Source: Antechinus flavipes (Eukaryota). From it: a stretch of 64,000 bases of DNA. The stretch covers positions 448,818,001 to 448,882,000 of the forward strand of contig NC_067399.1 in the NCBI RefSeq assembly GCF_016432865.1. Direction: 5' to 3'. Positions within the stretch are counted from its first letter, which is position 1, and each line of letters begins with the position of its first letter. Below the pieces are notes generated by a model. That model was not told the origin of the DNA, did not search any database, and saw only the letters and a list, made by a program, of their open reading frames with translations. The position numbers and the translations under genes were made by a program. This document shows positions 25,111 through 37,899 of this stretch, in pieces.

Positions 25111-26714
25111 AGTAAATAAACAATCACCATTTATTTCTTTCCTCCTTCTGGCACTCTAGCAAGCACCTCTCCTGATCATATTATCAGGTTTGCTCTCAGC
25201 TGACTATCAATTAACCCTTACTAAGATATTAACTGATAATGTAAGTGTTAAGCTCCTTATGATTTCAAAGAAGACTCTGGAAAGGACTCTAAAGAATGAA
25301 GTTTTACTGATAGAATGAAAAGTCATGGGATTATTTTAAGCAAAGGTCTCACTTCCCTTCCTGAAATCACACCATATTACTCTAACAACTCATAGGGATC
25401 CCCTAGCCTGGGCTCTTAGACCCTGCAGAATTTTCAAAATAGAATAAGTTGAGTTGGAGGAAAATCACGGGAAGACTTCTTGGAGATGCTATACAATTCC
25501 CTTGCAAGACAAGGACCAACTTAACTCTGGTTTCACCTTAATCCATCTTCCCAGGCTGTAAAACTTCAGTGAGATGTAGGAATCACTCCTTTCTGTGAAG
25601 TATAGATTCTGGGTTCCTCTGGCTAACTAGCTTTGAATACTAAAATCAATCACAATTGGTCTTTCCTTTCCCCCTCCCATTTTTGATTTGCCCTAATTGT
25701 CAATAACCTTTAATTTATCACTTAATGTGATCATTTCAGTATTTACTCAAATTCTAGAAAGAAAAGGAGATCCAGAAGGCAGGTTCCTTTTGAGGTATGA
25801 TGAATAGATTTGGGTTGTGGTCCAAACCTGCCAGTAACTTCCTGATGACCTTAGGGAACATCCCTTTCCCTCTCTGTGTTTCAGTTTCCTAATCTATAAA
25901 TGAAGGGATATGGGAATTAAAATTATCCCACCTACAATAGAATAGACTAAGGCAGAGACCTAAGCCAATGACACTTTATTAAAGGGTCCATGGTCCCTTT
26001 TAGTGAAGTGGACCTCAGATCTTTCTCATGATCTGAGATGCCCCCTTCTTCCAGGACCTTGTATTTATAGTGTGATATCCAAATATACAAAAGAAGCATA
26101 GTAAAATGCAGAATTTCTTTGATTGACGTATGACACAAGCTAAAACAAGCAAATAAGTAATATGTCAGCAGGGTCATGAGCTGGATGAAGCATAGGGCAT
26201 CTTTGCTCACTAGAGAGTCATAAATGATGGTCACTTGCTCATGTTAGGCAAGAAAGAATGATCCAGAGATACAAAAATAAATTGGAGGACTTTCCTGTAG
26301 TTGCATCATTTTCGTCACACTGGGTTTGGTTACCATGAAAAGGAAAAACAAGGATAGAGGGCCTCTTGTTAACTTTCTATGATTAAGACTTAGAACCTGC
26401 AGTTCACAACTTTGGGGTCTAATATACAGAATTTATAATCACTACCTTATATAATTATATCAAATTGATTAATACTGATTGGAATAAAGTAGGGTTCCAA
26501 ATGAATTATTTCCCATAGAGACAGGACTTGATAGTCTTTACAGTCCTTTCCACTGTCTAGCATCTTATGAACCTTTGGTTCTATACATTTTTCTTGTGAT
26601 ATTTGCAAGTCTACCAGTTTGAATTTATAAAGAAGTTTCTCTTAATGTGTTTTTATACCTATCCTTTGTTAGTTTTTTATTTTAGACTTGAGAAGGAAAG
26701 AAACATTGATTAAG

Positions 26715-26945
26715 CTTCTACAATGTGGTGGGCATTAAGCTAAGCATTTTACAAATCTTATTTCATTGGATCCATACAACTCTAGGATATTGATGCTATT
26801 ATTGCCATTATTTTACATTGGAGGAAACTGAGGCAGACTGAGGTTAAATAACTTGTACAAGGTCACCCTGCTGGTAAGTGTCTGATATCACATTATAATT
26901 TAAGTCTTCCTGACTACAGGCCAGATGTTGAATTCACCACTTAGC
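26715..26945 (-). mobile_element. MIR SINE
   Basis: aagcattttacaaatcttatttcattggatcc...ggaggaaactgaggcagactgaggttaaataacttgtacaaggtcac. Confidence 0.75.
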
Positions 26946-27013
26946 TGTTTTCTGGGGAAAAAGGAAAACAAGACAAATATCATTATCATCCTTTTAAAGA
27001 CACCAACAATATA

Positions 27014-27188
27014 AGAGCCCTTGTTGTTCATCTTTCTTTCTTGAAGAAGACCATGACATCAGGGAGGGGATGCCATGATATGCAAGTGAATTGGATTTGA
27101 ATGAGGGAGGGTTATGCAAGGTTACTTGCCTCACTTTCTGCTCCAGATCCATCTGGTCCAATGGCAAGATATAGATCAAGAGAACTGA
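27014..27188. mobile_element. Marsupial RTE-associated SINE-like repeat (same family as 42-212)
   Basis: cttgaagaagaccatgacatcaggg...gcaagtgaattggatttgaatgagggaggg...gatatagatcaagagaactg. Confidence 0.6.
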
Positions 27189-28039
27189 ATATAGTCCTAA
27201 TGAGAGTCCTTAATTTGGAATCAAAGAATGAAGCTCATCCACTCATTTGGTACATCACATTGTGCAATTCTTTTCTTTTTCTGTGCTTTATTTTGGTCAT
27301 TTATACAGAGAGGAGGTTGAACTAGATAAAGAGTTCTTCATCTGGAGACTGTGAACGCGTTTTGAAAAAATATTGTCATCACTGTATTTCAATAAAGTTG
27401 GCTTTCTTTGTAATCCTGTGTGTTTTGTTTTATGCCTTTAAAATATTGTTCTGAGAAGGATTGATAGACTTTATTAGACTGCCCAAGTAGTCCAGAACAC
27501 CAGTAAGATGAAGAACTTCTGGATTAAATGATCTCTCAGGTCTTTTCCAGATCCAAATTCTATGTTATAAACATATGGTTCTAATATGAGGAAACTATGG
27601 TCTAAAGAGGGACTTCTCTGTGAATTAATGACACATTTAAGCTCAAAGCCAAACATCCTGACACTTAGACTCATACACCCAAAGCCCAGGTCCATGGGAA
27701 ATATCTGGCTTTCTTCCCAGGCATACCTGCATTGACAGGTTTGATAGGTGTGGGCAGTCTCCCTCTTCCCCCTCAACCAAAATAGCTTCTGTTCTATCTG
27801 CAGAAGTGCTCTCTGGGTGAGAAGCCTGTACCATTAAGTAGTTATTTGGGTAGTAGCTTGGTCTGTTTTTTCCTATGATGATTGAGTATGTTTCTCACAT
27901 ACTTACACAAATCCTGGCAAGCTCCAGGCAAGGTCAGTTTGAAAGCTAAGAAAATATATTATAAGTTAAGTGTTTTTATTTATGTGTGGGCTATGTACAT
28001 ATCATGTGTGTATGGATGTCACATTAATATACTTGTATA

Positions 28040-28700
28040 TGCCTTTGATCCAGCAATACTCCTACAAGGTCTGTATCCCAAAGAGATCGTAAAAAAGGAA
28101 AAAGGACTCACATGTACAAAAATATTTGTAGCAGCTATTTTGTGGTGACAAAGGATTGGAGATTGAGGGGATGCCATCAATTGGGGAATAAGTGAACAAG
28201 ATGTGGTATATGAATGCAATGGAATACTATTGTGATATAAGAAATGAAGAGCAGGCAGAGTTCAGAAAAACCTGGGAAAACTGACATGAACTGATACTGC
28301 ATGAAGTGAGCAGGATCAGGAGAACGTTATACACAGTAAGAGCAAGATTGTGTGATGATCCACTATGATAGACTTAACTCTTCTCAGCAACACAATGATC
28401 CAAGACAATTTCAAGGGACTGGTAATGAAAAATGCCCACCACATCCAGAGAAATAACTATGGAGTCTAAATGCAGATCGAAGCATAGAATTTTCACTTTT
28501 TTTTCTTTCTTCTAGTTTTTCCCTTTTGTCCTGATTCTTCTTTCATAAGATGACTAAATGTGGAAATATGCTTAATATAATTGCACTATATCAGATGGCT
28601 TCCTCTCTTGTGGAATGGGCAGGGCAAGAAGAGAGGAAAAATATTAGATGAATGTTAAAAACTATTTTCACATAATTGGAAAAAATTAGGATACTATTAA
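28040..28700 (+). mobile_element. 5'-truncated L1 (ORF2 C-terminus and 3'UTR)
   Basis: gcctttgatccagcaatactcctacaaggtctgtatcccaaagagatc (PFDPAILLQGLYPKEI) through to an A-rich tail. Confidence 0.85.
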
Positions 28701-29048
28701 TAAAAATATATGTAATTATATGATATATTCCATTTCCTGCAGGAATACTTATTGTATTGCTGTGTATATTTGTACTATGGACATTGTACACATATATATC
28801 CATATTTATCTATATACATATATATATATAAGTTTATGTGTGTGTTCTGGAGGGATGTTCTGTCATATGCTGATATGTATATCATATATGGAGGAAAGAG
28901 TGGTTCCATATTTATTGTGTGAAGAGAGGGTATGAATGAAAAGGAGATTTGGTACACAGATATGTCCAGAATGAAAGAGTTTAGAAATAGCTATGAAATC
29001 CTGCTTTGTTGATACTGAGATTTCTGCTCAGGTTTCCTTCTTATGCAG

Positions 29049-29102
29049 CTGAGCTCATGGATAGCCTACTTTACCTTTCCTCTGCGTTTGCCTTCTATAC
29101 AG
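29049..29102 (+). other. Candidate 54-nt exon (phase 1-1: AELMDSLLYLSSAFAFYT), or a recursive-splice AG|GTAAG site at 29102/29103
   Basis: ggtttccttcttatgcag|CTGAGC...CTATACAG|gtaagg; strong acceptor and donor, length 3n, open frame; no protein recognised. Confidence 0.35.
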
Positions 29103-29544
29103 GTAAGGTAGGCCTTGGACTAGGGCTTGGGAAAGAAGAAAGGGCAGGGCAGAGAAGAGGGCAATGGAAGGGAAAACCACAGCCAGGCAGAGCAGCATTT
29201 TCAGACTCCCCTGGGAAGCCTGTGTGATCTATTGGCTGTCTCTGTGTACTCAGTTCCTGTCAGGGCTTCGAGGAAAGGGCTTCTAACTTGGCCCCTCGGT
29301 TTATTGCCCTTCCTCTCCTCTCCCTATCCTAATTCCTCCCTCTACCTTTCTGTCTCTCTTTTTTTGTGCTTCTCCCTCTCATGTGTTTCATTTCATTCAT
29401 TCATTCAAGTACGTTCTAACCACACTATACACAGACTACATTAAACCTAATCTGGGGCAGAGACAGACGGATGAGGTTTGGTTCTTGTCCTAAACAATAT
29501 TCACAGTGTGGTTTAGAAGACAAAACACATGTAGTAGAAACTGC

Positions 29545-29900
29545 TAAACAATAATGCAATAATTCTTTCTCCCTTTGTCTGTCTGTCTCTCTTATTCCCT
29601 CTGTCTTTGTCTCTTTTTGTCTCCCATTATCTTTTCTGCCCTTCACCCTACCTTATTTTGCTCTAGGTCTTTTTGCTTATGTTATTTGCTCTCTGTCTCT
29701 TTCATCTCTCTCCAACTTTCTTCTCTCCCTTTTCCCTTTCTGTCCTGTCTGTTTTCCACTATGCCTTTCTCTTCCTATCTTCAATCCTTTTTGTCTGTTT
29801 TGTCTGTGCCTGTCTGTCTCTGTATCTGTCTGTCTCTATCTCTCTCTTGACTATTTCCCTCTGTCTCCCCATTGCTTCCCTCCCCTGGCTCTCCTCCCTG
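29545..29900. repeat. CT/CTGT-rich low-complexity tract
   Basis: tctgtctgtctctcttattccctctgtctttgtctc... Confidence 0.8.
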
Positions 29901-32138
29901 ACAGGCTATCAGTCCCGGGAGCTATAGGGCAGCCTCATTTCACAGGTCAGCTCTCTTTAATTAGTAAGGGTTCCAATCCTTTTCCCTCTCAAAATGTGAA
30001 GCTGCAGGTTCATCAAAATCTCATTAACCTTAATTCTCCCAATGGCTTCTTGGCAGGGTCAGGCCAGGATCCTTAGCTTGAGGGAAGCCTGTTTTCCCCA
30101 GGGGCCCATCTAGTCCTGGGGATAGAAGGATAGATCCCTTGTGGCCAACTACAACAAAAACCACCACAACAAAAAGCTGCTTCAAGAGATATTCTTTACC
30201 ATAACCAACCTCCCATCCTTTTCCTCTCCTTAGTAATTGCTGTTCCATGTCCCTTTCCTTGGCCTGTTGGGGGGCCCTGTCTGATGGCTGCACTTTAATT
30301 TGAAAACTTGCCCTGGGAGCCGGAGGGACAAGACAAGCAGAGGGCATGGAAGACTCTTTATGAATTAATATTGTGCTGGTAACTTGCAATATTCTCTGAT
30401 TTCATGTCTCCTTCTTATTTCTCTCTCCAGTACCATATAGGTCTGAAAATAAGCTTCATTCTTCCCTAAATTTGTCTATATAAAGCCTGAGTATAGCTTA
30501 TAATTGATATTATTTGACCACTGGCTTAAGAGACAGAAGACATCTTAGAACACAGACTGGCAGAGCTGGAAGAGAGCTTAGAATACAGAATTTCAGAGCC
30601 ATAAGGGAGTTCAGGACATAAAATGTCAGAATTGAAATGAATCTTAGGGATTATATATTCAAAATTTAACATTCTATGTGTAGTCTGCCCAGTTCCAATT
30701 GATGAACTTGTTTGGACTCAGATTTGAATCACAGAGTCTTCATTGGGAAGCAGGGTAGCATGACAGATAAAAGAGTGAGAAAGATGTGGACTTGAATCCT
30801 GCCTCAGACACTTTCTAGCTGTGTGATCCTATACAGTTACTTAACTTTTCACAATCTCAGTTTCCTCATCTCTTAAAATGGAGATAATAATAGCAAAAGT
30901 GGCAACAAACTAAAAATACTATCATAGAAAAAAAGAAAAATATTGACATTTATATAGTGCTTAAGATTATAAAAAAATCACCTTTGTTCATTTTTCTCAT
31001 TTGAACCTCACATATAGCTGATGAAATCACCAAGGAAAATGATTCAGAGGATGAAGAGCAGAGGGCCCAGGACAGAGTCTTGGGGAACACCCATAGTGAG
31101 TAGTCATGGTAAAGATTCAGCAAAGGAGTGGTGGTATAGAAGAGGCAGAAGAGAACAGAGTCACTAAAACATAGAAAGAAAAGAATATAAAGAAGAAGAG
31201 AAGAAACAAGAATATACCTTTTATTATTTGAGAGGACTTAGTATCATACATTAAGCAGTATATGCAGTGTAATATCTACACTAAAAGCTAATCTGACTCC
31301 TACTTCCAACCTAGTGGGAAGGGGCCAATGATACCCACAGCAAACAGATGGAAAGAAGAAGAAATTTGAGAAGTTAGTGTGGAGAGAGATAGAGGTGAAG
31401 CATAGAGGTCCCTTGGCCATTTCATTACATATCAGAACACAGAGAAACATTCCTACCCCCAAGGGATCTCAAGCAAAGAAAGAATATCCTACAACCACAA
31501 TAAAGGAAGCAAAGTTTTGGAAAATTAGATTGAATCAGATAAACTGTTTCCTTCTTAATACTTTATATTTTGGTTTCCTAATCATTTTTCAATCCTGAAA
31601 TCTTGCCCTAATTGCTGGTTTCCCTGCTTATTTCAACTCTTGGATATTAGTCACTTTGCAGACACACTTCAGTTCCATAGAGACTGTTGTTTCCAGATTT
31701 TACATTTATCACCTCCCAATTTAGATTTTAATTCTGTGGCTCCAAGCAGAAATCACCCTTCTTCCTATCTGGGGATTTGTCTATGACTAAGCAAGACACA
31801 GCATCCTAAATCGAGGGGAAACCATTTTTGTCCTCTAAATCCCCAGAAAAGTATGAAGTTCTCCCTGATCTCTCTGTGTGTGGACACCTGTGGACAGGTG
31901 TGATCTGGGAATGGTCTAAAACAGACCAGGGATGGCAGCAATCCATTGAGGAGAAATGGCCCCAGGGTAGTCCAAGTAGCTCAGCCCTGACCAGAGAGAA
32001 TTCTTGGGAAGACAGAGGAACCTAGGAGAATCCTACATATTCACCAGTGTTCTTAATCTGTTCACCTTGCCTAGGGCATGGTAGGTGTATCATCCTATAT
32101 AGCTACTAGATTCGATTCATTTTCTCTTTCCCGCCCAG

Positions 32139-32153
32139 TATGTGATCCCTATG
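32139..32153 (+). other. Candidate 15-nt microexon
   Basis: attttctctttcccgcccag|TATGTGATCCCTATG|gtgagc; open as YVIPM (phase 0) or xCDPY (phase 1). Confidence 0.25.
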
Positions 32154-32380
32154 GTGAGCTCTCTTCCCCTGACAAAGCCCTGTTATGTAGAGTCTATGAT
32201 GATTGCTCAAAGCCTAGGGCAAAAATCTTTCCATTGCAGTACCATTTAGCAAACATCCAAGTCCCTCAAGGTCAGCCAGACTCTGACTTCTTCCCTTCTT
32301 TTAAAATGAAAGAGTCAGACAGTCCAGTGTCGTTTGCTCCCTGACTTATAACCTGCCCTGGGTAAGTAGGGTGGAATGGT

Positions 32381-32640
32381 ACATTATTAAGTAATGACAA
32401 AAGATGCCCAGAATCCCACTGAGAGAGGACCTCAGATAGAAATTATCTGTTCTCTTGATTAATAATTAAAATGGGGTGGGTAGGGGAACCCTTAGCAAAG
32501 CAGACCTTTCTCCAAAGAAATCTGTGCTACAGTTATGGGGTGAACTCAAGAAAGGTTAGGACCAATTTGCATTTTATTCTTCAGTAGTTTCAGCACTTAA
32601 AGGTGCAATTAGAAGGCCAGGCTGAAATTATGGAACCATC
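32381..32640 (+). repeat. Copy 1 of a diverged ~260-bp direct duplication (copy 2 at 34695-34951)
   Basis: Collinear similarity, including 33 identical bp gaccaatttgcattttattcttcagtagtttca at 32560-32592 and 34871-34903. Confidence 0.9.
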
Positions 32641-33079
32641 AGTGGACAAAGAGCTGAATACTAACAGACTCTAGCCTGATCTTGCCTCCTTTGCGCCTAT
32701 GATTTATCCCTGATAAAACATTGTTACTCATTCGCTGCCACCTCCATGATATCAGACTACTTTAATGCACATTTTCCCACGTGTCCAATTCCACAGCCCT
32801 CAAAAAGACATTTAAGTGATGGTTGTAGAGCTCATTATTAAAAAGCATTGATTGCCAGAGAGAGAGCAATGAAGAGAGTGTTCTTTTATTGCAACCAAAT
32901 GGTAAAATTCCACCTCCTTGGAGGCACTGAACAAATTATCCCCCCCAAGAGTACCCCCAAGAATTCCCCTGAATTTCAGGGTTCCTTCCTTCAGGTCAGC
33001 TCTCAATTTCCCATTCTAGACTTTGCATTGTCCCTAGCAGCTGACAAAGTGTTGCCCTTCTCATTTTATCCCTAATTTG

Positions 33080-33650
33080 GAAACCCAAACCAAACCAACT
33101 ATTAAGAAAATTTATAATTATTTATTTTCTTTAATCCTGGTGAAACACCACAAGTCAAACTATGTCACTCCCCAGCTTAAAAACAAAACAAAACAAAACT
33201 ATAGTGGCTCCCTTTTGCCTCTGGAATCATATGTAAACTTCTCTTTTTGGTATTTTGGTATTTAGAGCCTGATTCCAGACTACTCTTTTATCCCTACACC
33301 CTTGCTGTCTAGTCAAATTAGTTTATTTGCTGTTCCCTATACAAAACATTCCTTTTTCCTGTTTCTGTGTCTTTGCAATGCTGTCTCTCGTGTCTAGAAT
33401 GGACTCTCTCCTTTCTCTTCACCTCTACCTCTTAAAAGCTCAAATGCTGAGTTCTACAAATGGAATAGGGATCTCCTATATGTTTTCAGTGCCATCCCCC
33501 AAGTCAAATAGCCTTGCTACTTTGTAGCTATTTTGTTTTTTCTTATCTATGTTCCCATTGTTTCAAGAGAGAATGCAAAGTACTTGAGGTCAGGAATATT
33601 TTGATTTTTAACTTCGTATCCTTAGTGTCTGAACAATATCTTGAACATTT
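33080..33650 (+). mobile_element. L2 LINE 3' fragment
   Basis: caagtcaaactatgtcactcccc...gagagaatgcaaagtacttgaggtcaggaatattttg. Confidence 0.7.
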
Positions 33651-33815
33651 TGCTGTTCAGTCTTTTCAGTCATGTTCAATTCTTCATGACCTCATTGGGG
33701 GTTTTCTTGACAAAGACACTGGAAGAATGGGGCACCGTTTCCTTCTCCAGCTCATTTTACAAATAAGGAAACTGAGGCAGACAGGGTTAAGTGACTTGCT
33801 CAGGGTCATCAGCTA
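33650..33815 (-). mobile_element. Marsupial CORE-SINE (Mar1-like)
   Basis: ttcagtcatgttcaattcttcatgacctcattgggggttttcttgacaaagacactggaagaatgg...aggaaactgaggcagacagggttaagtgacttgctcagggtca. Confidence 0.8.
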
Positions 33816-34694
33816 AGTCATATAATGAGCTCTTTATTGCAGCCCCAGTATTCTAGCTCTTTGTCTTGCACATAATAGCTATTTAATAAGGGCTTTTTTG
33901 AATTATTGAATTAATCACTTGGAACTAGACCCTTAACTTTAATGAAGGAATCTTTTTCTAATCTCCAAATTTATCCCCTGCTTTCCCTCCCAAGTGGGTG
34001 ACACATTTCTGCCACATTCAAATTCTCATTCCTCAATCCCTTTTCTCACCTTGTTCTTGCTTATTCTTCAAGGACCAAGATGTATTATTTCCTTGGGGAA
34101 ACTTTTCTACTAATTAATTCCAAGCCTGTGATCTTTCCCTTTTCTCTATATCTCCTTGTTTGTATTCCTCATTTAACACTAATGGTGATGATGATGACAC
34201 AACATAGCTCTTTAAGATTTTCAAAACATTTTATTATAGATTATATAAATCTATGCACATCATATGTGTACACATGTACACACACAAAGTCACTTTCATC
34301 AGATCATGGACATGTACAAAGGGCACTAATCTGAGAGTGGGGAAGAGGGGGGAGTACACTCTCAGCACAGTTAAGGGGAGAACTACACGCCAGGTATTGC
34401 AGGAGTGGAATTTCTTGGCAGAATGGGATAGGACACAAGTTCTGTAGCATTATCTCCCTTAGAGAGCCAACTCTGAAATTATTCCCCATCAATAATGTTA
34501 TAGAGCAACTATGGAGTGTGGGAGCTTGTTCAAAAATTTTATGTCTAAGTTCTCTTGACTATGAATATCTTTGTCAGTCCTCTGCTTGAGGATACTAGTA
34601 TTAAATAGTTACTGGATTTTATATTTCATACCTACATATGTATAATATATGTATCTATGTTTATATAGATACATATATTGTATTGTATTATACT

Positions 34695-34951
34695 ATTGTC
34701 ATTAAGCCATAACAAAATATGTCTGGGACTCCAATGACCTTAGATAGAAATTACCTCTCCCTTGACTAACAATTAAAATGGTGTGTGTGTGGGAGAAAGC
34801 AGACCTAGCAAAGCAAATGTTTCTCCAAAGGCCTGAGCCATAGTTATATGGGGTGAACCAGAAAGGTTAAGACCAATTTGCATTTTATTCTTCAGTAGTT
34901 TCATCACTTAAAGGCACAATTAGGAAGCCAAGCTGTAGTTAAGGAGCCATC
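34695..34951 (+). repeat. Copy 2 of the diverged ~260-bp direct duplication
   Basis: See 32381-32640. Confidence 0.9.
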
Positions 34952-34979
34952 ATTGTAATACATATAATAATTTAACATT

Positions 34980-35014
<35 letters not shown>

Positions 35015-35094
35015 GGGTAGGTGACACAATGGAAAAAGCACTAGACCTAGTCAGGAAGACCTGAATTCAAATCTAGCTCCAGATGAGCTTTTAC

Positions 35095-36430
35095 GATTCT
35101 TAGCCAGAGAAATAGAATAGTTGATCATGGAAATAGGTTAGGTTCACAGAACAAAATAGTCAATAACTACAGCAATCTAGTATTTGACAAACCCAAAGAC
35201 CCCAGCTTTTGGGATAAGAACTCACTATTTGACAAAAACTGCTGGGAAAATTGGAAACTATTATGGCAGAAACTAGGCATTAACCTACACCTAACACTGT
35301 ATACCAAGATAAGGTCAAAATGATTTAGACTTAAAGAATGATATTATAAAAAAAAATTAAACTTAGCTTATGTTCACCTCTCAGACCTGTGGAGGAGGAA
35401 GGAATTTGTGACCAAAGAAGAACTGGAGATCATTATTGATCACAAAATAGATAATTTCGATTATATTAAGTTAAAAAGTTTGTATAAACAAAACTAATGC
35501 AGACAAGATTAGAAGGAAAGCAATAAATTGGGAAAACATTTTTACATTCAAAGGTTCTGATAAAAGCCTCATTACATATATATACAAAATTGACTCAAAT
35601 TTATAAGAATTCAAGCCATTCTTCATTTGATAAATGGTCAAAAGATATGAACAATTTTCAGATAAAGAAATTGAAACTATTTGTAGTCATATGAAAAGGT
35701 GCTCTAAATCACTATTGATCATAGAAATGCAAATTAAGACAACTCTGAGATACCACTACATACTTGTCAGATTGGCTAAGATGACAGGAAAAGATAATGA
35801 CTAATGTTGGAGGGGATGTGGGAAAAGTGGTACACTTAATACATTGTTGGTGGAACTGTGAATAAATGATCCAACTATTCTGGAGAGCAATTTGGAACAA
35901 TGCTCAAAAAGTTATCAAACTATCTATACCCTTTGATCCAGTAGTGTTTCTATTGGGATTATGTTCCCAAAGAGATCTTAAAGTAGGGAAAGGAACTCAC
36001 ATGTGCAAAAATGTTTTTGTAGTGGCGAGAAACTGGAAACTGAATGGATGCCCATCAGTTGGAGGATGGCCAAATAAATTGTACTATATGAATGTTATGG
36101 AATATTTTGTTTTGTAAGAAAAGACTGACACAATGATTTCAGAGAGGCCTGGAAAGACATATATGAACTTATGCTAAATGAAATGAGCAGAACCAGGAGA
36201 TCATTATACATGGCAACAAGACTATACGATGATCAGTTCTGATGGACATGTCTCTCTTCAACAATGAGATGATTCAAACCAGTTTCAATTGTTCAGTCAT
36301 GAGGAGAATCAGCTACACCCAGAGAGAGGACTGTGGGAACTGAGTGCGGACCACAACAAAGCATTTTCACTCTTTCTGTTGTTGTTTGCTTACATTTTGT
36401 TTTCTCTCTCAAGTTTTTTTCCCCTTCACT
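35095..36430 (+). mobile_element. 5'-truncated L1 (degenerate ORF2 3' part and 3'UTR), inserted after a SINE head
   Basis: tttgacaaacccaaagaccccagcttttgggataagaactcactatttgacaaaaactgctggg; ORF 35866-36117 ...PFDPVVFLLGL... is ORF2 C-terminus. Confidence 0.9.
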
Positions 36431-37130
36431 TTACATTTATCCCTGTTAAATTCAACCAATTTTTGTCTGTCAAGGTCGTTTTGTATTCTCATTTTACCAT
36501 CCAGTATGTAAACTCTCTTTTAGTTTGGTATCATGTGTTAATTTCATAAGCATTGTCACTCATGCCTTTGATATCCAAGCCTTTGATAAATCTATTAAGT
36601 AGAGAAAGGGGCACTTCCCTGGAGACCTCCTTCCAAGTAGACAATAAATTATAAAAACTACAGTTTGGATGAGCAGCTAGGTAACTCAGTGTATAGAGAC
36701 CAGACCTGAAGTCAGGAAGATTCTTCTTGAGTTCAAATCTGACCTCAGATATTTATTAGCTGTATGTGACTCTAGGCAAATCAATTAACGTGGTTGCCTC
36801 AGTTTCCTAAAATGAGGCGGAGAAAGAAATGGGAAATCTCCATTACCTTTGTTAAGAAAACCCCAAATGAGGTCACAAAGTCAGACATGACTGAAAAATG
36901 ACTCAACAACAATAACAGTTTGGATCCAGCTATTTGACTAATTCTGAATTTAATTCATTACCTAGTTTAGATTTCTCCACCTTTTCCATAGGTCTGTTTC
37001 AAATACTTTTCTAAAATCTGCATAAAATATATCTATAGCATTCCCCTTATCTACCAGTCTAGTGAATATCAAAAAGAAAATGAGGTTAGTCTATATCCAT
37101 TATTGACGGATTTTTATGATCACTGCTTGA
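36430..37130 (-). mobile_element. CR1/L3 fragments interrupted by a CORE-SINE (36668-36915, + strand)
   Basis: ttatccctgttaaattca...cacttccctggagacctccttccaagtagac; ctgtttcaaatacttttctaaaatc...ctaccagtctagtgaatatcaaaaagaaaatgaggttagtc. Confidence 0.6.
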
Positions 37131-37899
37131 GAAGTGGAACAGGATAATTATATAAAGCAATGGACTTAAAACCAGGACACCTGGATTAAAATTTTACTTC
37201 AAACATTTTCTAGATGAGTGATCAGAGTCTTGGTTCTCTCCTCTGTAAAAGAGGGACAATAATCTATTTACAACATGCTTCATGGTGGTGTTGTGAGGAA
37301 AAAGCTTTTTCAAATGTTAAAATGTGAGCTGTTGTTTTTGTCATTATTATTTTTGTTGTTGTGTAGTAGTAGTTTCAATCATGTGTGATTCTTTGTGACC
37401 CTTCAGGGTTTTCTTGGCAAAGATACTAAAGTGGTTTGCCATTTTCTTCTTCAGCTCATTTTGCAGATGAAGAAATTGAGGCAAACAAACTTGCCCACGG
37501 TCACACAGTACATTCTTTGTCTTTTAATTTGGGAATTTGTTCTATATTTTGAACTTTTTGAATCTGAAAGTTTATGAAGTGAGCTGATGGCCATCCTTGA
37601 AAGAATGAGTACCTGTTAGGAAAGTGCTTTCTGCAAACCTTTAAAAGATCCATAGCAATGGGAATGATGAGTATCATTTATTCTACCAGAGGGAAAATTC
37701 TCTCAATAGTATGCCTTATTTAAACTTGATCTCTCCCAAGATATAGCACCATATTCTTCTTACTAAAAGTGTCTAATGTTTGTGATGTTGAAACTGAATT
37801 TTAAAAGGAGGGCAATAGAGGAAAGAAGGCAATAGAAGGCAAGTAGAGAGAAGGAGGATGACTCAAAGTCACCTACAAGATGTTCCCTCATAGTAAATC

